Below are positions 30,652 to 44,808 of a stretch of 64,000 nucleotides of DNA, one piece after another (position 1 is the stretch's first letter; the number at the start of each line of letters is the position of its first letter). This stretch comes from Tubulanus polymorphus. Taxonomy: Eukaryota; Animalia; Nemertea. The stretch is taken from NCBI RefSeq assembly GCF_964204645.1, contig NC_134026.1, positions 767,950 through 831,949 on the forward strand, given 5' to 3'. A program made the position numbers and the translations under genes. The notes under the pieces are model-generated. The model was not told the DNA's origin. It ran no database searches and worked only from the letters and a program-made list of their open reading frames with translations.

Positions 30652-31113
30652 ATGACCGTGGCTCCGCCTGCTGGCGGGCACCACGGATACGTCAGGAATC
30701 CATGTTAGATGGCGCCACTATACGGCTTCGAATGGATCAATTAAATTAATGTTTTAATCATCAATACAGCACCTTCGAGGTTCCAGTGACAATATTTTGA
30801 ATAAAAAATAATATCTTTTAGTTAGTTTAATTTGAGATGACTGATTTAATTACGATTTAGAACTTCGATATTTTGTTCGGATTATCAGTTCCACGTGGAC
30901 TATGTTTACAAACCGTGGAGGTGTGTAAAGAATCAGCCAATCAGTGAACAGTGGATCCAGAGTCTCAGGCAAGGTCAAGGTTGGTTGTACTGGCTGGGGA
31001 AAATCTCTAAACAGTTACTGCACTGCTGTCCTGTTCTTGTCGTTTTATGGGGGCTATACACAAGTGAATATCCTAAATACAGTATCAATAAGAAGATAGA
31101 ATATTCGAGAATC

Positions 31114-34100
31114 ATGGATAGACCCACTGGACAACTAAGAACGCCTTTTGCGAGGCCTACAGCGAGCGTTATGGCTGCTGCAGTTTCTGACAGCCCTGCT
31201 GGTGGTGGAGGTTCAAAGGCATTGAAGGGCATTATTGCTGGTATGTAAATTTGAATTTGACCACCAGTTGCAATAATATTTTGTCATAATTTATAAATCA
31301 TAACATTGGTCCATTTAGTTAACGTGTGCAGTAGGCCTAATGATAAGCTATGTTGCCTAACGTTTTAGCAGTCTACACTCATTGAATGAAAGGACGATTG
31401 CCTAAAAATGTTTTCGTCCACAGGGATTGGGAGGGGCCATTTTTAGGAACAGCAGCTAGAACTAGACTTATATATAACCACATATTTATTAGGTTTAACT
31501 CTTCTCAGGAAACAAAAGTTAATGTTGTAGTAGGCCTTAGGCTTAGGTAGGGTTTGAAGTGAATTTTGATTAGGCTTCACTTTCAGGGGTTCCCTAGTGT
31601 AATTCTAATGAAATGAAAACAGATTTGACACTGACTACATATATTAAACCAGTATTGTGATATACCTGGTGTAAGGTCATGGCAGATAGGGCCTCTAGTC
31701 TGTACGATAAGGACACAGAGTGTACTGTGACCTTTTGGGTTCTAGGCCTTTCTTATCCATAAACCATTGATTGGTTCTCTTTTCATAACCTTTTGACCAC
31801 ACAATAGTGTCTAGTTTCTAAATGTTTAAATTCACCCATACATAATACAGTTTTATGATTTTCTAACAACTATGTTTTCGGGTAGCCTATAGTGAGACAG
31901 CATCTGGTGCCATTCATTCACATAGAAATCAATTTGAAATATATATATGCGTAAGCCTAATTGTATTTGCTGTTAAAAACTACTATCATATAGTGTCACT
32001 GCCTGCATTGTAAAATCTATATTCCAAGATCATACTGCTTCATGTTGATGTAAGCCTATTTCAAAAGCAGTTTTAAGCTTGCGTTTTTGAGGCACATCAA
32101 TTATAGCCTATATTGTTATGTATAAATATTTGTCTGCAAAATCAATTAAATTGATCAATCGTCTCCAATGCCTAGAGCTGTCTGTACTATGGTAGTATGA
32201 TATTTTTCACTCCAATGCAGTTTCTGCTGTACAGATTAAACGCGGCTTATAGATCTACCATTATTTTCAGAAGAGGTGCCTTGAAAATATGTAGCAGGTT
32301 TCCATTCATTAAAACGCCTAAAGTTTGACAATGAACCATAGAAATTATATCTGCATTAAATGATTTATAGGAATAAAGTAATAAGTAGGACAGAGACCTT
32401 TATTGAAGGCTAAAGGTTGATTCTATGTGTGTACTTTGAGTTCAGAATGAGTTTATCAGTTGTAGGTTACCAGTAATCTAAACCTGTTCCCTCAATTGGT
32501 CCTCAAAGTGGTCCCCTGGTTCATCAGCTGAAATGTAGTAAATTGAGGGATGAATTTGCTAATCTCGTTAATTTGACTCTGCGGTCATTAGCATCACTCA
32601 GAAATGTTACCATGGGAACATGCACCTGCTGATAGATAGGCCTATACTGCAGTAAATTCTTATAAGGACACTTAACAAAATGTAAACCAAATGAGTTAGG
32701 GATCAATAATTTGGACGTATAGGCTATCTATCCTAAAACATGTAATAATTAATCTTCCTAATTAATGAAGTAATAGTTGTGTCAGTAAAACTGTAAAGTG
32801 TAGGTTGCGTATTTCACAAACATTCATATAATATGGTGGACTGTAAATACAAGATCAAAATCCGGATTAAACTGATCCAAACGAAGCTGTTATAGGCCTA
32901 GATGATGTCAGTGTAAATATCGGTCTACTGCATCGGTTTTGCTGTAACTCGTTGATTTTACTTTTCGAAACCTTTGAAATGAAATGTTTATATTCATCCC
33001 TTCACTCTCTCTCTCTCTTTGATTTTCTAGGTGGAATAACAGGAGGTTTAGAGATTTGTATAACGTTTCCTACCGAATACGTGAAAACTCAATTACAATT
33101 GGATGAAAAAATAACCAAAGATGGGAAAAAATACAGCGGTCCGATTGACTGCGTTAAAAAAACTGTCAATTCTCACGGAGTTCGAGGATTATATCGTGGT
33201 CTTAGTGTTTTACTGTATGGATCTATACCAAAATCTGCTGTCAGGTATGTTATCAATGTACATGTGTAGTGTAAAACTTGTGTACCATGACGAACAATGT
33301 GGGTCTCGCAAAATATGTCCGATTATGAATAAGGCAGATTTAGGGTCTTTTTTGCTAAAAATCTGATTTAGAAAAAATGAAAATCCAAAACATGGCAAGT
33401 AACGAGAAAATCATAAAGCAACTTCTAACCATTAAGGATTGATATCTTACTTACTTACGTTTGTTTATTCAGAATAAGCATCTTCTGCACTTCATAACTC
33501 GGGACGCTCGTTGAATTTTCTTTTAGATTCGGTTCTTTTGAAACTTTAAAACAAAGGAACGTCGACGCGAGAGGAAATTTACCAGCGCATAAAAAACTAT
33601 TATGCGGATTAGGTAAGCATCGAATCTGTTCAACGTGCTATGAAAATATCACCCTTTATGAAATGGAAAATGAAATATCGATATTTTGATTGTTTTTTCA
33701 GGGGCCGGTGTTTGTGAAGCGATATTTGCAGTGACACCTATGGAAACTGTTAAAGTAAAGTTTATCGACGATCAAACCTCGAAGAAACCGAGATTTAAAG
33801 GTTTTGGTCACGGAGTACGAACTATTATTAGTGAACAAGGTAAGAACACTATATAGCTTCCTCCTTCAACAGGGATTCAAACCTGATGTCGTACTTGAAA
33901 CTTGTCACAACATGAAACCCTGCCTGATTAACCTGAGTCTATGTACTTGCAGTCTTAGCCTCGGTATAACCCAATCAAAATCATCTTTCCAGATCTATTA
34001 AGGTCTATAGCTAGGTGTGAATTTGCCTCAGCTATTACACTTAACAGGCAATCTGATTGGTTCCGCACTTTTTTGTGTTGCTAAGCTGTGTACCTGAGCA

Positions 34101-34986
34101 CTCTGTCTAATCTTGGAGAAATGATTACTCCAAGGTCTAATCAGGCAGGGTTTTGTGCCTGGCAGAGTCTCGCGATGCCATCAGGTTCAAACCCTGTCTT
34201 AGTGAGGATGACCATCTACCCGCTTTAAAACAATATAACTGTGGTAATTGAATTATTTTCAGGTTTTCGTGGTGTCTATCAAGGTGTCGGGCCGACAATG
34301 GTGAAGCAAGGATCAAATCAAATGATAAGATTTTTCGTAGTAGAAAGTCTGAAGGATATGTATAAAGGCGGGGACCCGAATGCGATCGTTCCGAAACCAA
34401 TAACAGGATTATTCGGTGCAGTTGCTGGTGCCTGTTCGGTTTATGGTAACAATCCTATTGACGTCATCAAAACTCGTTTGCAGGTAAATTTATTTTAGAC
34501 GATTACATCTTCCTCGTATCAATAGTTTCTCTTTGTAACAATGTGGAACCTCTATTAAAACTACTCTGAAATCCATTTAATCAATGTAGAGATTAGAATT
34601 GACTGAGCCTTTATTTGTGAAACTTGTTGCCGGATATTACTTGTCATCTAAGAGTGAAAATATTCAAACAGAAAACTCTCTTCATACCTTACTACGATAG
34701 AAAATATGATTATTGATTATTTCAGGGACTTGAAGCACATAAATATAGGAATGCTTTCCATTGTGCGTACGTTATATTCAAACATGAAGGTCCTAAAGCG
34801 TAAGTAACACGTGTTAAATCATTCGAAATGATTAAATCTGAATTTGTGTCGCTATAACTGATGTTTGTTTATTGCAGGTTCTATAAAGGAACTGTACCAC
34901 GACTGAGTCGAGTTTGTTTGGATGTAGGAATCACGTTCATGCTGTATGACAGTTTCATGGAGCTGTTTAACAAATTCTGGAAGTAA
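31114..34986 (+). CDS. SLC25A1: Mitochondrial tricarboxylate (citrate) carrier, multi-exon
   Basis: KGIIAG|[79 protein letters not shown] and [16 protein letters not shown]. Three PX[DE]XX[KR] carrier motifs. Stop TAA at 34984-34986. Confidence 0.96.
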
Positions 34987-37900
34987 ATACCACACAATAT
35001 TTCTCTTGAGATTATAACCGAAAATTTTCGACAAAATAGGAAAAAAAAACATCTTTAAAAAAAGGGTAATGTGGGTACAATGAATATACAGCGGATGGGT
35101 GAAGGGTTTTTCAAGAGATGAAGAACAATAAAAATGTGTTATTTCTTAAGCTGTTGAAGCATAATTGACGGACTAGGCTAAAAACCGGGATCCAGCACTT
35201 CAAATATAGGAATTATTAATGAAAAAGCAAAATAGATAATCATAAATTCTGAATGTGAAGAAAAATGTTTTAACTGAAGTGAAAAACATTCCAGAATTTC
35301 TTCATTCCGCAAAAATTACATTCTTACCATAACTCGGACCAAATCTTGAATTGACTTTGAATCATTCTCGTACATTATGTGAACTGTGATCCCCGCGGGG
35401 ACGGGTTTTAGTGGGGACCGGTATTTATACAGGCAGCCATCTACTATCGAGCTAATGACTGAACCAACGAAGTTCTGATGAGCGACAATAACAACTAATG
35501 CTCAAGAATCAGGGAACCATCTCAAACATTTATTGACATAATGATCGTAATGATATTAAGTGCAATTTATTTCTTCTGTAGCATGTAATTCCAGAATCTG
35601 TCAACTCGATGGTCGAGTACGTATTTAGTTCAAACTGCTGCTTTTCTGAATTTCATCAATTTACTGATCATACGTAGCTCCTCAGAGTGCTGCATGCTGC
35701 GTACAGGATCAACTGTACGTCTGGTTTAGATGCACTTTTAGGGCTGCAACTGTTTGAATTTTTTCGGGGGGATGAATAGGCAAAGTGTACTGCATTTTAG
35801 GAAGCCCTGCGCATGTTTCATCATTCCTGTTTATTATTAAAGACCATTCGTGTGGCATTTGTAGAAGATTCATGAGTTTGATTAACGGATGCATGTGCGT
35901 ATGAATGATCAAAACTATTCACTAATATCACTGCATCATGTGTGAAAATACTAATTTCGACAGTTAATATCTCGTACTTAGAAAAGAAATGGTTTTTTAG
36001 AAACTTCAGAAAAGCATTTTGCTATTTCATATTGGATTTATGGTGTATATATTGTCAGAACACTAACTGCTTGCTGACTGTTTCTTCATCTGAAATTCTT
36101 TATGTTCATAGAATTTCTGATGTATTTCATCACTGCCAGTCAGAATTTCCCATGACAAGTGAAACAAATACATAGTACAGTATACCTCGCCTAACTTGGA
36201 AAAAGTTGGACCAGTAAAATTGTTTGTTTTGCTTCGTGACGTTTCGATCTTGGTTTCCCAAAACTATAACTCAGCCTTCGAAGTGTTACCTGCACATTTA
36301 AGCAGCTAGCAGGACTTCAACCAGCCTCACACTTTATCCCACTGAACTACTGTCTTCGTAAGGCAATGTTTACAGTACATATGTTCATCGATATTTCATG
36401 TATTTGTTCATTCAAAAGTTGCAAACTTCAAGCTCTTGTCGCTTATTGATTTATCATCTATAGAAGAAACTTTGAAAATGATGAAAGTATTATCTGAATG
36501 TAACAACTTTTTTGATTAAATGATATTATAGGAAGAATGTTTTATTGTGACGAATCATTTTAGACCAATTAAATGATGAAATATGATTTGGTTTATGTTT
36601 ATATATAGACCACCAGGAAGATCTCATCCTAGTCTGAATGTTGTCAATATACAATTTACACTACAAATAACGTGCTTACATTGAATATATATAAATGTTA
36701 TAAACTTTATACACTCTTAAAGTTAAATGCTGTGATGAAATAAGTTTCTTCTGTTCCTGATATAAAATGATGTTTATCATTTTGTTTACTTAAAGAAAAA
36801 TTACTTCTGTAAAAATGTTCTGCTTATTTCAATGTACAATGCAGTCGTTATCTATTCAATCTTTTATGATAATAATCTGATCATTTTGAGGCCAGTGTAA
36901 GTATCTTAAGCGCTATCTATTCTCACCTAAATCAGCAAAAAGTGAAAATTCAGGAAATATTTCCTTTGAAATTGGAAATATTTCCTATTTATTGACTGAA
37001 TATGTAAAGATTCTGGTCTGTGAATAACTAATATCATCACATCCGAATTGAGTTTAACTGTTTGGGTCCAGTTGCTGAAAAGCTGGTTAACTCTTACCAA
37101 CTTTTGAACAACTGGCCCCTTGTTAACTTTCATGAACGAAACTAAGAAAGAACAAATCATATATCTTCATGGCTGAGCAATCATTCAATGTTTCAATTTT
37201 CCATCTTAAGTATTTATTGTAAAATTAGTTTCTGCTGTGCTGAAAAGTTATCGACTCTGTATTTTAATGAATTTCTACGTTCTTTTTTTCAACATTGTGT
37301 CGTTTATGTTTAAGAAGAGTTTAATCGAAAACGCAATTATGCAAAATGTGACTCCTCCACTCATTATTGAAAGCTGTAAAACCGGTAGAGAATGTGTTAG
37401 AATGTGATGAATGTCTTTCGGTCATCGATTAAAAAAAAAACTGTGCTAAAACTCAAAATCCACTCATTCTGAACGAAAGCTCAGTACGATTTTGATACGT
37501 CTATCATATGATATTATATTAACGATATTTGTTGTCAAATTTGATGAAGTCTAGAATAGAATCAGTGGATGTTGTGTCGGAATCGATGTTAGTTTGGAGT
37601 AGAACGATAAAATTCATTAGAATTGCGTGTAAGTAAATCGGATATTAAATGAATACAGTTTAGTAGCAGCAATAATCTTTGTTTTCAAAACACTTCCAAT
37701 TGATATCCTTGCATACAATTCATGTCAGTTATCTAGGATTATGTCGAGCCAAGATCTCAGTTGATCTGAGGAAAATGTTTTGCAGTTTTGACTAATAAAT
37801 ACATTCAAAACATTCCAATTAAGAATTTCAGCGCATCGGCCACATTGATGATTTTGAGTTAAAGTAACATCTTAAACGTTAATTATTTTAATGCACTGCT

Positions 37901-40132
37901 ATGCCTATTGTATAAAACTGGCGGCTTATTTGAAGTAAAAAAAAAACTATATTTGGATTCAGGTCATTCGGAACCTCAATTGTGTGCATGAATCTGTAAT
38001 ATTGAATGCGATCATCATTTATAGAACGCTTGCCGTGCACCGCCGTAGATGTATCATTTTCAGTTAGACAAAGTAAATTCCTATTGGCTGTTTATATTAG
38101 ATATATATTATATATGAATGTGTAAAATGTCAATTTGTAGAAGCAAATATTTAGGAATAAACTGTATTTATTGTTACTGTATTTGAAGTATATTCGGTTA
38201 ATGATAGTTTTGGATTAGGATTCACGAAGAATTGATCGTTAGAAATTTCAAACTGGATCCGATTGATGAGATGAAATCCATTCGTTTTAGCAGCTTTAGA
38301 TAAAACAAGCAACTGACGTATTTGAATCTAAATCTCATTTTATTTCTTAACCAAATTAAGTAAGCTGTATTCTACAAAATAAATTCATCACAATATGTTA
38401 ATATCATACACGCGCTTATGTACGTATTGTGAATGATGTAACAAGGTAAAATTAACAGTAAGTTTAGTCCAAAAGGACATTTTACATCGTTACGCGAAAG
38501 CTACAGATTTACATATAAAAACATCACTGCAAACAAAAACTTGTAAGTACCCAATAAAACTGCCTGGGAAGAGGAAGGCATCACTCGCGAGCCGAGTGCG
38601 AGCCAAACTTCTTATCAAATGCCATCAGAACTTATGAATATCGTAAAATGCCATATACAACATAGATGGGAAATATAATTTTCTCTGGAAGTGGCAAGAT
38701 GTTAACATATCCATTAGCATTGAGTGACACTCCGAAAAAGGTTTTTCATACAGTTTTTGCGGCAGCTTAATGCAATCGTGAACTTTATTACAAATGACTA
38801 GAAAACCTAATGAAAATGAGTTAAGAATTGAATTAGATGAAAAATATCTACTGTGTCTGCTCCATGTGAGGAAGATCACTGTATAAGTACGGTACACGTA
38901 AGGTATAAACAAATCAGTTATACACTGTCTTATTTTGGCGGCCATCTTTGCGATAATGCATGATTTTAATCGAATCACGCAAGACTTCACCAACAGTTTA
39001 GTCAAGTCAGCGCGATGTGATCAAAATCCAATATGGCTGCCTTCATATGAAATTGGTGTATTGTTTTAACCTCCCCCGCCATAAAAACATATTAGAGACA
39101 AGATTTAGAATGTTGAAATACATAGATATTACTAAACATTGACATTGAACACAACATGTATTTATAACATATATAGAGGAATGTGTGTAACGGTAACAAA
39201 AATATTCAATTTGTATAGACTTTTTGAAAGCTAAAAATATAAAATGTAATAATGATATTAAAACAATAAGTAACCAACCAACAATCGCACGATGATGAAA
39301 TAAGAATACATCATTAAAAATCTAAAAATCCAACAACAGCAGATGTGAATTAGAGTATAAATAATGTAAACTTGTTTGAAATGAATATCATTGGAGACGA
39401 TGCACGTTGAACAGCTGTTTTACTGTTATATACTTCTTCAATTTCATGACTTCAATTGATTATAACGTTTCCACCTATAGACACTTCTCATTATAGAATT
39501 GAAATGATTCTCTGTGATATATTTTTATCATATACAAATCAAACTGCAAAATAGGTTTGAATATGTCTGATCTCATTTCGGTGTAAGGAATATGAGACTG
39601 GTTTAGTTTGATATAATGATGATGATCATTGTTTTGATCTTGCCCTGTTCGGATTTAGTCTAACACGGGCCCAGTTCCACAGTTGCGAGATAATCCTGAG
39701 TTGAAATGGATTTTACTTAAGCATCAAAGTTCGAACCAGAACTGCAGAACCAGGTCCTAGTCAATGATATTTGAAAGATGTGATATAGGGGCCAGTTGGT
39801 CAAAAGTTGGCTAAAGTTAGCCATTAAGATCCAGTTCCATAATTCTCAGTTTGACCAGAAGGTTAAAAAAATTGGAAATGAACTTAAGAGTTTTACTCGT
39901 AGTGAAACTTAGGAAAGAGCAGTGGAACCTTTCAGCAACTAGCCCCATCATAACTATTCACGGTTCTTACAGATCAAAGAGTATGAATTTTCGGTGTCTC
40001 GTTCTTGCTGGTGACGAGTGACACAAGGAACCTCTTCATAAGAAACAGCCCTAACTGAGAATATATTGCCATGGGATCTGGGAAAATTAGGGAAATAGGG
40101 TAATTTTGGCTTTCTGATCTGTAAGAACCAAG

Positions 40133-40240
40133 GGGCCGGTCTTATAGACTGGTATTACCTTTAACCCAAGGGGTAACTCAATTGATAATGAATTGAGTTA
40201 GCCTCCAGATTAAAGGTAATACCAGTATAAAACCGGGCTC
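40133..40240. mobile_element. Foldback (palindromic) MITE of ~108 bp
   Basis: Arms ccggtcttatagactggtattacctttaa...taactcaatt and aattgagtta...ttaaaggtaataccagtataaaaccgg are reverse complements. Confidence 0.75.
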
Positions 40241-40267
40241 AGATTATCGGCATTTTTAAGACATTTC

Positions 40268-42959
40268 TCAGACATTCGTTTCTTTTCCGATTTCTTTTTT
40301 CTCCGGTAAATATCCGAGCGATTTGATCATTTTAAACTGATCAGGAATCTCCATTAATGCGTGAAGCGCGAACGTCGCGTCCGGATTTTTAGCTTTACAC
40401 GTCACGTTGTGATAGTCGACGAATTGAAAATTATCGAATTTCCTTTTCGGTAAATGATTGTCGAATTCCTCCATGACGTCCCACGGTCCGTCGCCGACCC
40501 CGACGACTATGATACTGATCGGATAATGCGACGCGTCTAAAATGGCGTCGATCGTCGGCTGTTCCTCGGTTACCTGTCCGTCCGCTATGATTATCAGTAT
40601 ATGATACGTATTTGCGCGTTTAGCGATTTCGATCGTTTTACGAATTAATGGCGCGAAACTGGTCGGTCCGCTCAACGTGACGCGCTTCGCGACGTCGTTA
40701 TAGAGATCGAGAACGTCGCTCGTGTTTTCACATCTGGCGTTCTCGTCTTCGTTGAACGGGAATATATCGCGGTCCTTCGTGATGTGATCGCCGAATCCGT
40801 ACGGTACGATGTTATTCTTCGTATGAAACGGTTCTAACGCCTGACCGAGGATACTGATCACTTTCTGATACGGATTATAAACACGTCCCGAGTAAATACG
40901 ATGTAAACAGTTACCGTTGAACGTTTTTCGACCTTGCCATTCGTTACTGGCGGTGAAGTCGACTCCGATGACGAGACTGACGTATTCTAACCCGGCGCGT
41001 CGACACGCCCGACTCACGTCCTGGAACGACTGGAAGTGATCCTCGACTGATTTGAAATGTAGGAAATCGTCGCGACTCAATCCGAGCACCGCTAATAAAC
41101 TGCTCTGTTTGTATCGTTCGCGTTTTCGTTTCGCTACTTGTTCTTCTTCCGTCAGTTTTTCGGCTTTCGGATCGTAAATCCAAATCAAGAATAAACCGAC
41201 TATAACCGCGAGGCAGTAGATAATGAGAGACCACATATCACGCTGAGAACCCTGTAATATAAACAACATTCATTCATTATTACCTTTAACTATTACTATT
41301 TGATGATAAGAGTTGTAGATGAGCCGTATTAACTCGGTTTCAAACAAGAAAACAGTCAGTACTGAGTAGATTAAACTGATATCATAACCTTTGCAAAAAC
41401 CCAGCTTCTGTCTCTACAAATACAGTTATTTCTCTCATTTTACCTGTTGACGCTACTATACACTAACTCGTGATTTAGTATCAGTAAATATAACTACAGT
41501 CTGCGTTTGGTCGTATTACATTTTAATGATCGTAGCAACGCGCGATCATTCAACAACTTCTGTGTAACATCCTTTTAAAGACTAGATTGCATAAAACTAA
41601 TGATGAATTTGATATTAATGATTAGACGAAAAAAGTTACCTCTACGAAACTACGTACGTTATGTTATTCACAATTGAGCATAATAGCTGTAATTACTGTA
41701 CGAATAGATACAAAATATGTTTGTAACATAACTACTATGTAGGCTGTATACGCCACCATATCCTACACGCAAGACAATTTGTGTACAGCTAATATAGAAT
41801 AGAATAGAATCGTTTGAGTCACTGCGACTTTATATACGACAGCTGTTTTCATAAATGTTCCTTGCGGTTTTAATCCTGAGGCTTGACAATCAATTTAACC
41901 TGCAGATGTGTGCGTGTGCGCATGTGTGCGTGTGTGCGTGTGTCTAGAAATAACTAGAAATAAACAACTTCAAATACTTTCAACTTTCAATTAATCTAAA
42001 CTTTAAACATATAAAAATAAGATTTCAATCGAAACGTGATCAACATTTTTGATACAATTCACTTCCACTAACATAAAATCGAGCTGAAATTAGGGTTGGA
42101 TGCACATGAATTATGAATGGGCTTGATCAACTAGCTGATGTTATTAGTTTTAGACCAATGAGCTGATGTTAGGTCAGTCTATACCCGAATACTCATTAGA
42201 ACTTTCATATTTAGATTAATTAAATGGATTCATCCGCTTTTACTCCATAATAATCTTGACTGTTTCATACTCACTGCTACATGGTTCAGATGTTGCTATG
42301 TATTCTACTAATTTCAATTATTAATCTATATTGTAGCATGAATCCACTGTAGTGGGTGTTGACTGTATTCGACTATTGATTGATGAGACCCATGGGATCA
42401 GATCAATCAAGAACGATGCTGTCAACAATTGCTCTGATGGATGAGAAATGAAGAAATTACCTTCTTATTCAAGTTCACCGAGGGTGGATTTAGAGGAAGC
42501 CTGCAGGGGCTACACCATTTCGTGGGTCCCTGCGACTATAAATTTGTTTTTATTTCAAGATCAGCCCCGGCAAACTGATACTGGTAATTCAACTGTCACT
42601 TTCAGGAAACAAATCTTAACACAACTATCTCTTATATACATCAGAATGTCAAGAAATGATGACTAGAAAAGACATAACGTTTTGTGACTCTCCCTACAGA
42701 CCATCGCCACCTGATGTGGTCTCTAGAGAGAGTCCAAAAAGTTGTGTCAATTTTATTTTCGAATTCAATTCTTGATAATGAATGAAAATTTGTTGTTTAT
42801 CTTTAAAATTGTGTGTGGATTTTAATCCTATGCTTCAAAATTTTTCTAAACTTGCGTGACAGTAGAATCTACAAAAAAACTCGAAACTCGATGAAAAAAG
42901 TTACAAGATGAACAACTCCATTTGCTTACCACATATTCCAATATAGCACGTCCTATCAT
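40268..42959 (-). CDS. Atypical copine: N-terminal transmembrane helix + copine/RGLG-type vWA domain, no C2 or RING domain (exons 42959-42930 and 41251-40268)
   Basis: LVIGVDFTASNEWQG, LSGPTSFAPLI, YHILIIIADGQV, YPISIIVVGVGDGPWDVMEEFD and RKFDNFQFV..ALMEIPDQF are copine vWA motifs. Hydrophobic WSLIIYCLAVIVGLFLIWIY near the N-terminus. The upstream 30-nt coding segment MIGRAILEYV|gtaag joins in phase 0; an alternative start is ATG 41236. Confidence 0.88.
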
Positions 42960-44515
42960 TGCTTGACTCGAGCTATCTCCTCTTAACAGCTGATTATGAG
43001 GATCATTTTCCCACCGTGGTAACTGATATTCATCAATTCATGTCATATATCCTCCTACAAATATAAAACATAACTATTACAGATTAAACAACACGAGCTG
43101 ATAATTGTTAACACTGTGACTGAAAATAAACGATAAGATTCAAGAAGAAGAGAAGTCAATCCGAATTTAGTTTGAACTGCAAATAAATTCAAAATATCAC
43201 TGAAATACCTTGCATTGAATTTATTCATCCGCTATAAAGTGCTGATGAACAATAAGCCATTTAGGATCAGTATCAGGCGGTCGCGATGCCTTACAATATA
43301 AAAATAACAAGGAATGAAACAGCTTTGTATTTACCTGTTTTTGCCCGGAAACCACAGAGATTATCAACATACCCGGAAGTAAAATCAAAGCCGCACAAGC
43401 CCCTGTGTTTAGCACAGGGGTTTGTTGCAATTGATAGTGATTGAATTATGGGATTGGTTATTGATACTGGTTTATTCAATTCACTACCGTATGAACGATG
43501 TATCAATTCCGACAAGTCCTGCTTAGGCCTATCAGGACTACTTATGGGCCCAGTTCCATAGTCATGGCTTAGGCTTAAGACCAATCTAAGACTATCTTAG
43601 ATCTATAACCAATCTAACTACTAAGACGAGTCTTAAAATCTAAGACCATTTTTGGACTCAAGTCTCAACTGAGGAGCCAGCCCCATGGTGTTTTAGGATT
43701 TATTTTGGTTAGGGATAAAACGTTACCAGGTATTGGTATCCTAACTGTTGAGTTGTCAGAGGGTTGAACGACGAAGTAAGACTAAGAGTAACGAGACATA
43801 TGATGTCGATGTAATCCGATCTTTAAGGGCACGGTCACCAATCGCCCAATAAGACCCGCATTTATTTTGACAGCTACAGTTGCATGTTTTGACAGATGGG
43901 AACAAAGACGCCATCTAGATTTTCCCCTAGTGTGGCAGCACCGTACGGTCACCTAGTGGTAATTCTGCGAACTAATGTAATATTGCGGGCTGGAGCGCCG
44001 GATTGTATAAATATAAACGACTGTTAATTAATGACTTCCCATTATGAGTTTTCCGGTTTGCTCGGCTACCCGTACTGGCGGGCGAATTTTTTTTTCACAC
44101 CAGGTCCGCCATTTTGTTTCTACATGTGACATGCTATCACGTAATCTCAACATGTAAACACAATAACTACCGGTATACATAAAACACGTGTTCCCTATAA
44201 AACAGGAATGAGTTGAATAACGAAACCCACTAAGTAACATAACGAAAATTGGAGTCTAGAATATAATCCTTAATTATAATGTTTATAAAATTGGGGAATC
44301 ATATGCTCAATTTTATTAATTATAATTCATACTGAGACACCGCGTGTAGAAGACGCTGTCCTCAATTATGCCAGATCGAAAAAGCCCCAAGTCTAGACTT
44401 TTGTGTCATTGTAAATAAAAAATTATATGGGGGAATATCCTCTTAGCCTCTGCAGGGAATCAAGTCTACGTCCTTGAGCTCCTTCTGAAGGGCCAAAAAT
44501 AAATACAGGCCTTTC

Positions 44516-44808
44516 CATAGGCGTCGCCGGGATTTTTTATGGGGGTCCGAATATCGGCAATTTGTTGAATCTAGTAAGCCAGCGAAGCTGCCTTTGACGA
44601 GGACCGAAGGTCCGAAGTCCTCATGGGGGGTTGGGAGTCCTTCCCCAAGAAAATTTTGAAAATTAGGAGCGATTTAAAGCGTTTTTCCGCCACCTTGAGT
44701 GATTACCTTGTGGAAAAAACACGAGTTTTTATGTAGTAAAAAATGAAGAAACCTAGCCGAAAAAGGGGGTTCGTTTGCACCCACCGAACCCCCCTGGCGA
44801 CGCCTATG
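44516..44808. mobile_element. 293 bp MITE
   Basis: TIRs CATAGGCGTCGCCGGG...CCTGGCGACGCCTATG (15/16 match). Flanks ctttc/ctatc are a possible degenerate TSD. Confidence 0.85.

Noticed and set aside
30935-30965. Iron-responsive element in the SLC25A1 5' region (CAGTGA/CAGTGG)
   Set aside because: No 5-bp upper stem with a bulged C around either loop.
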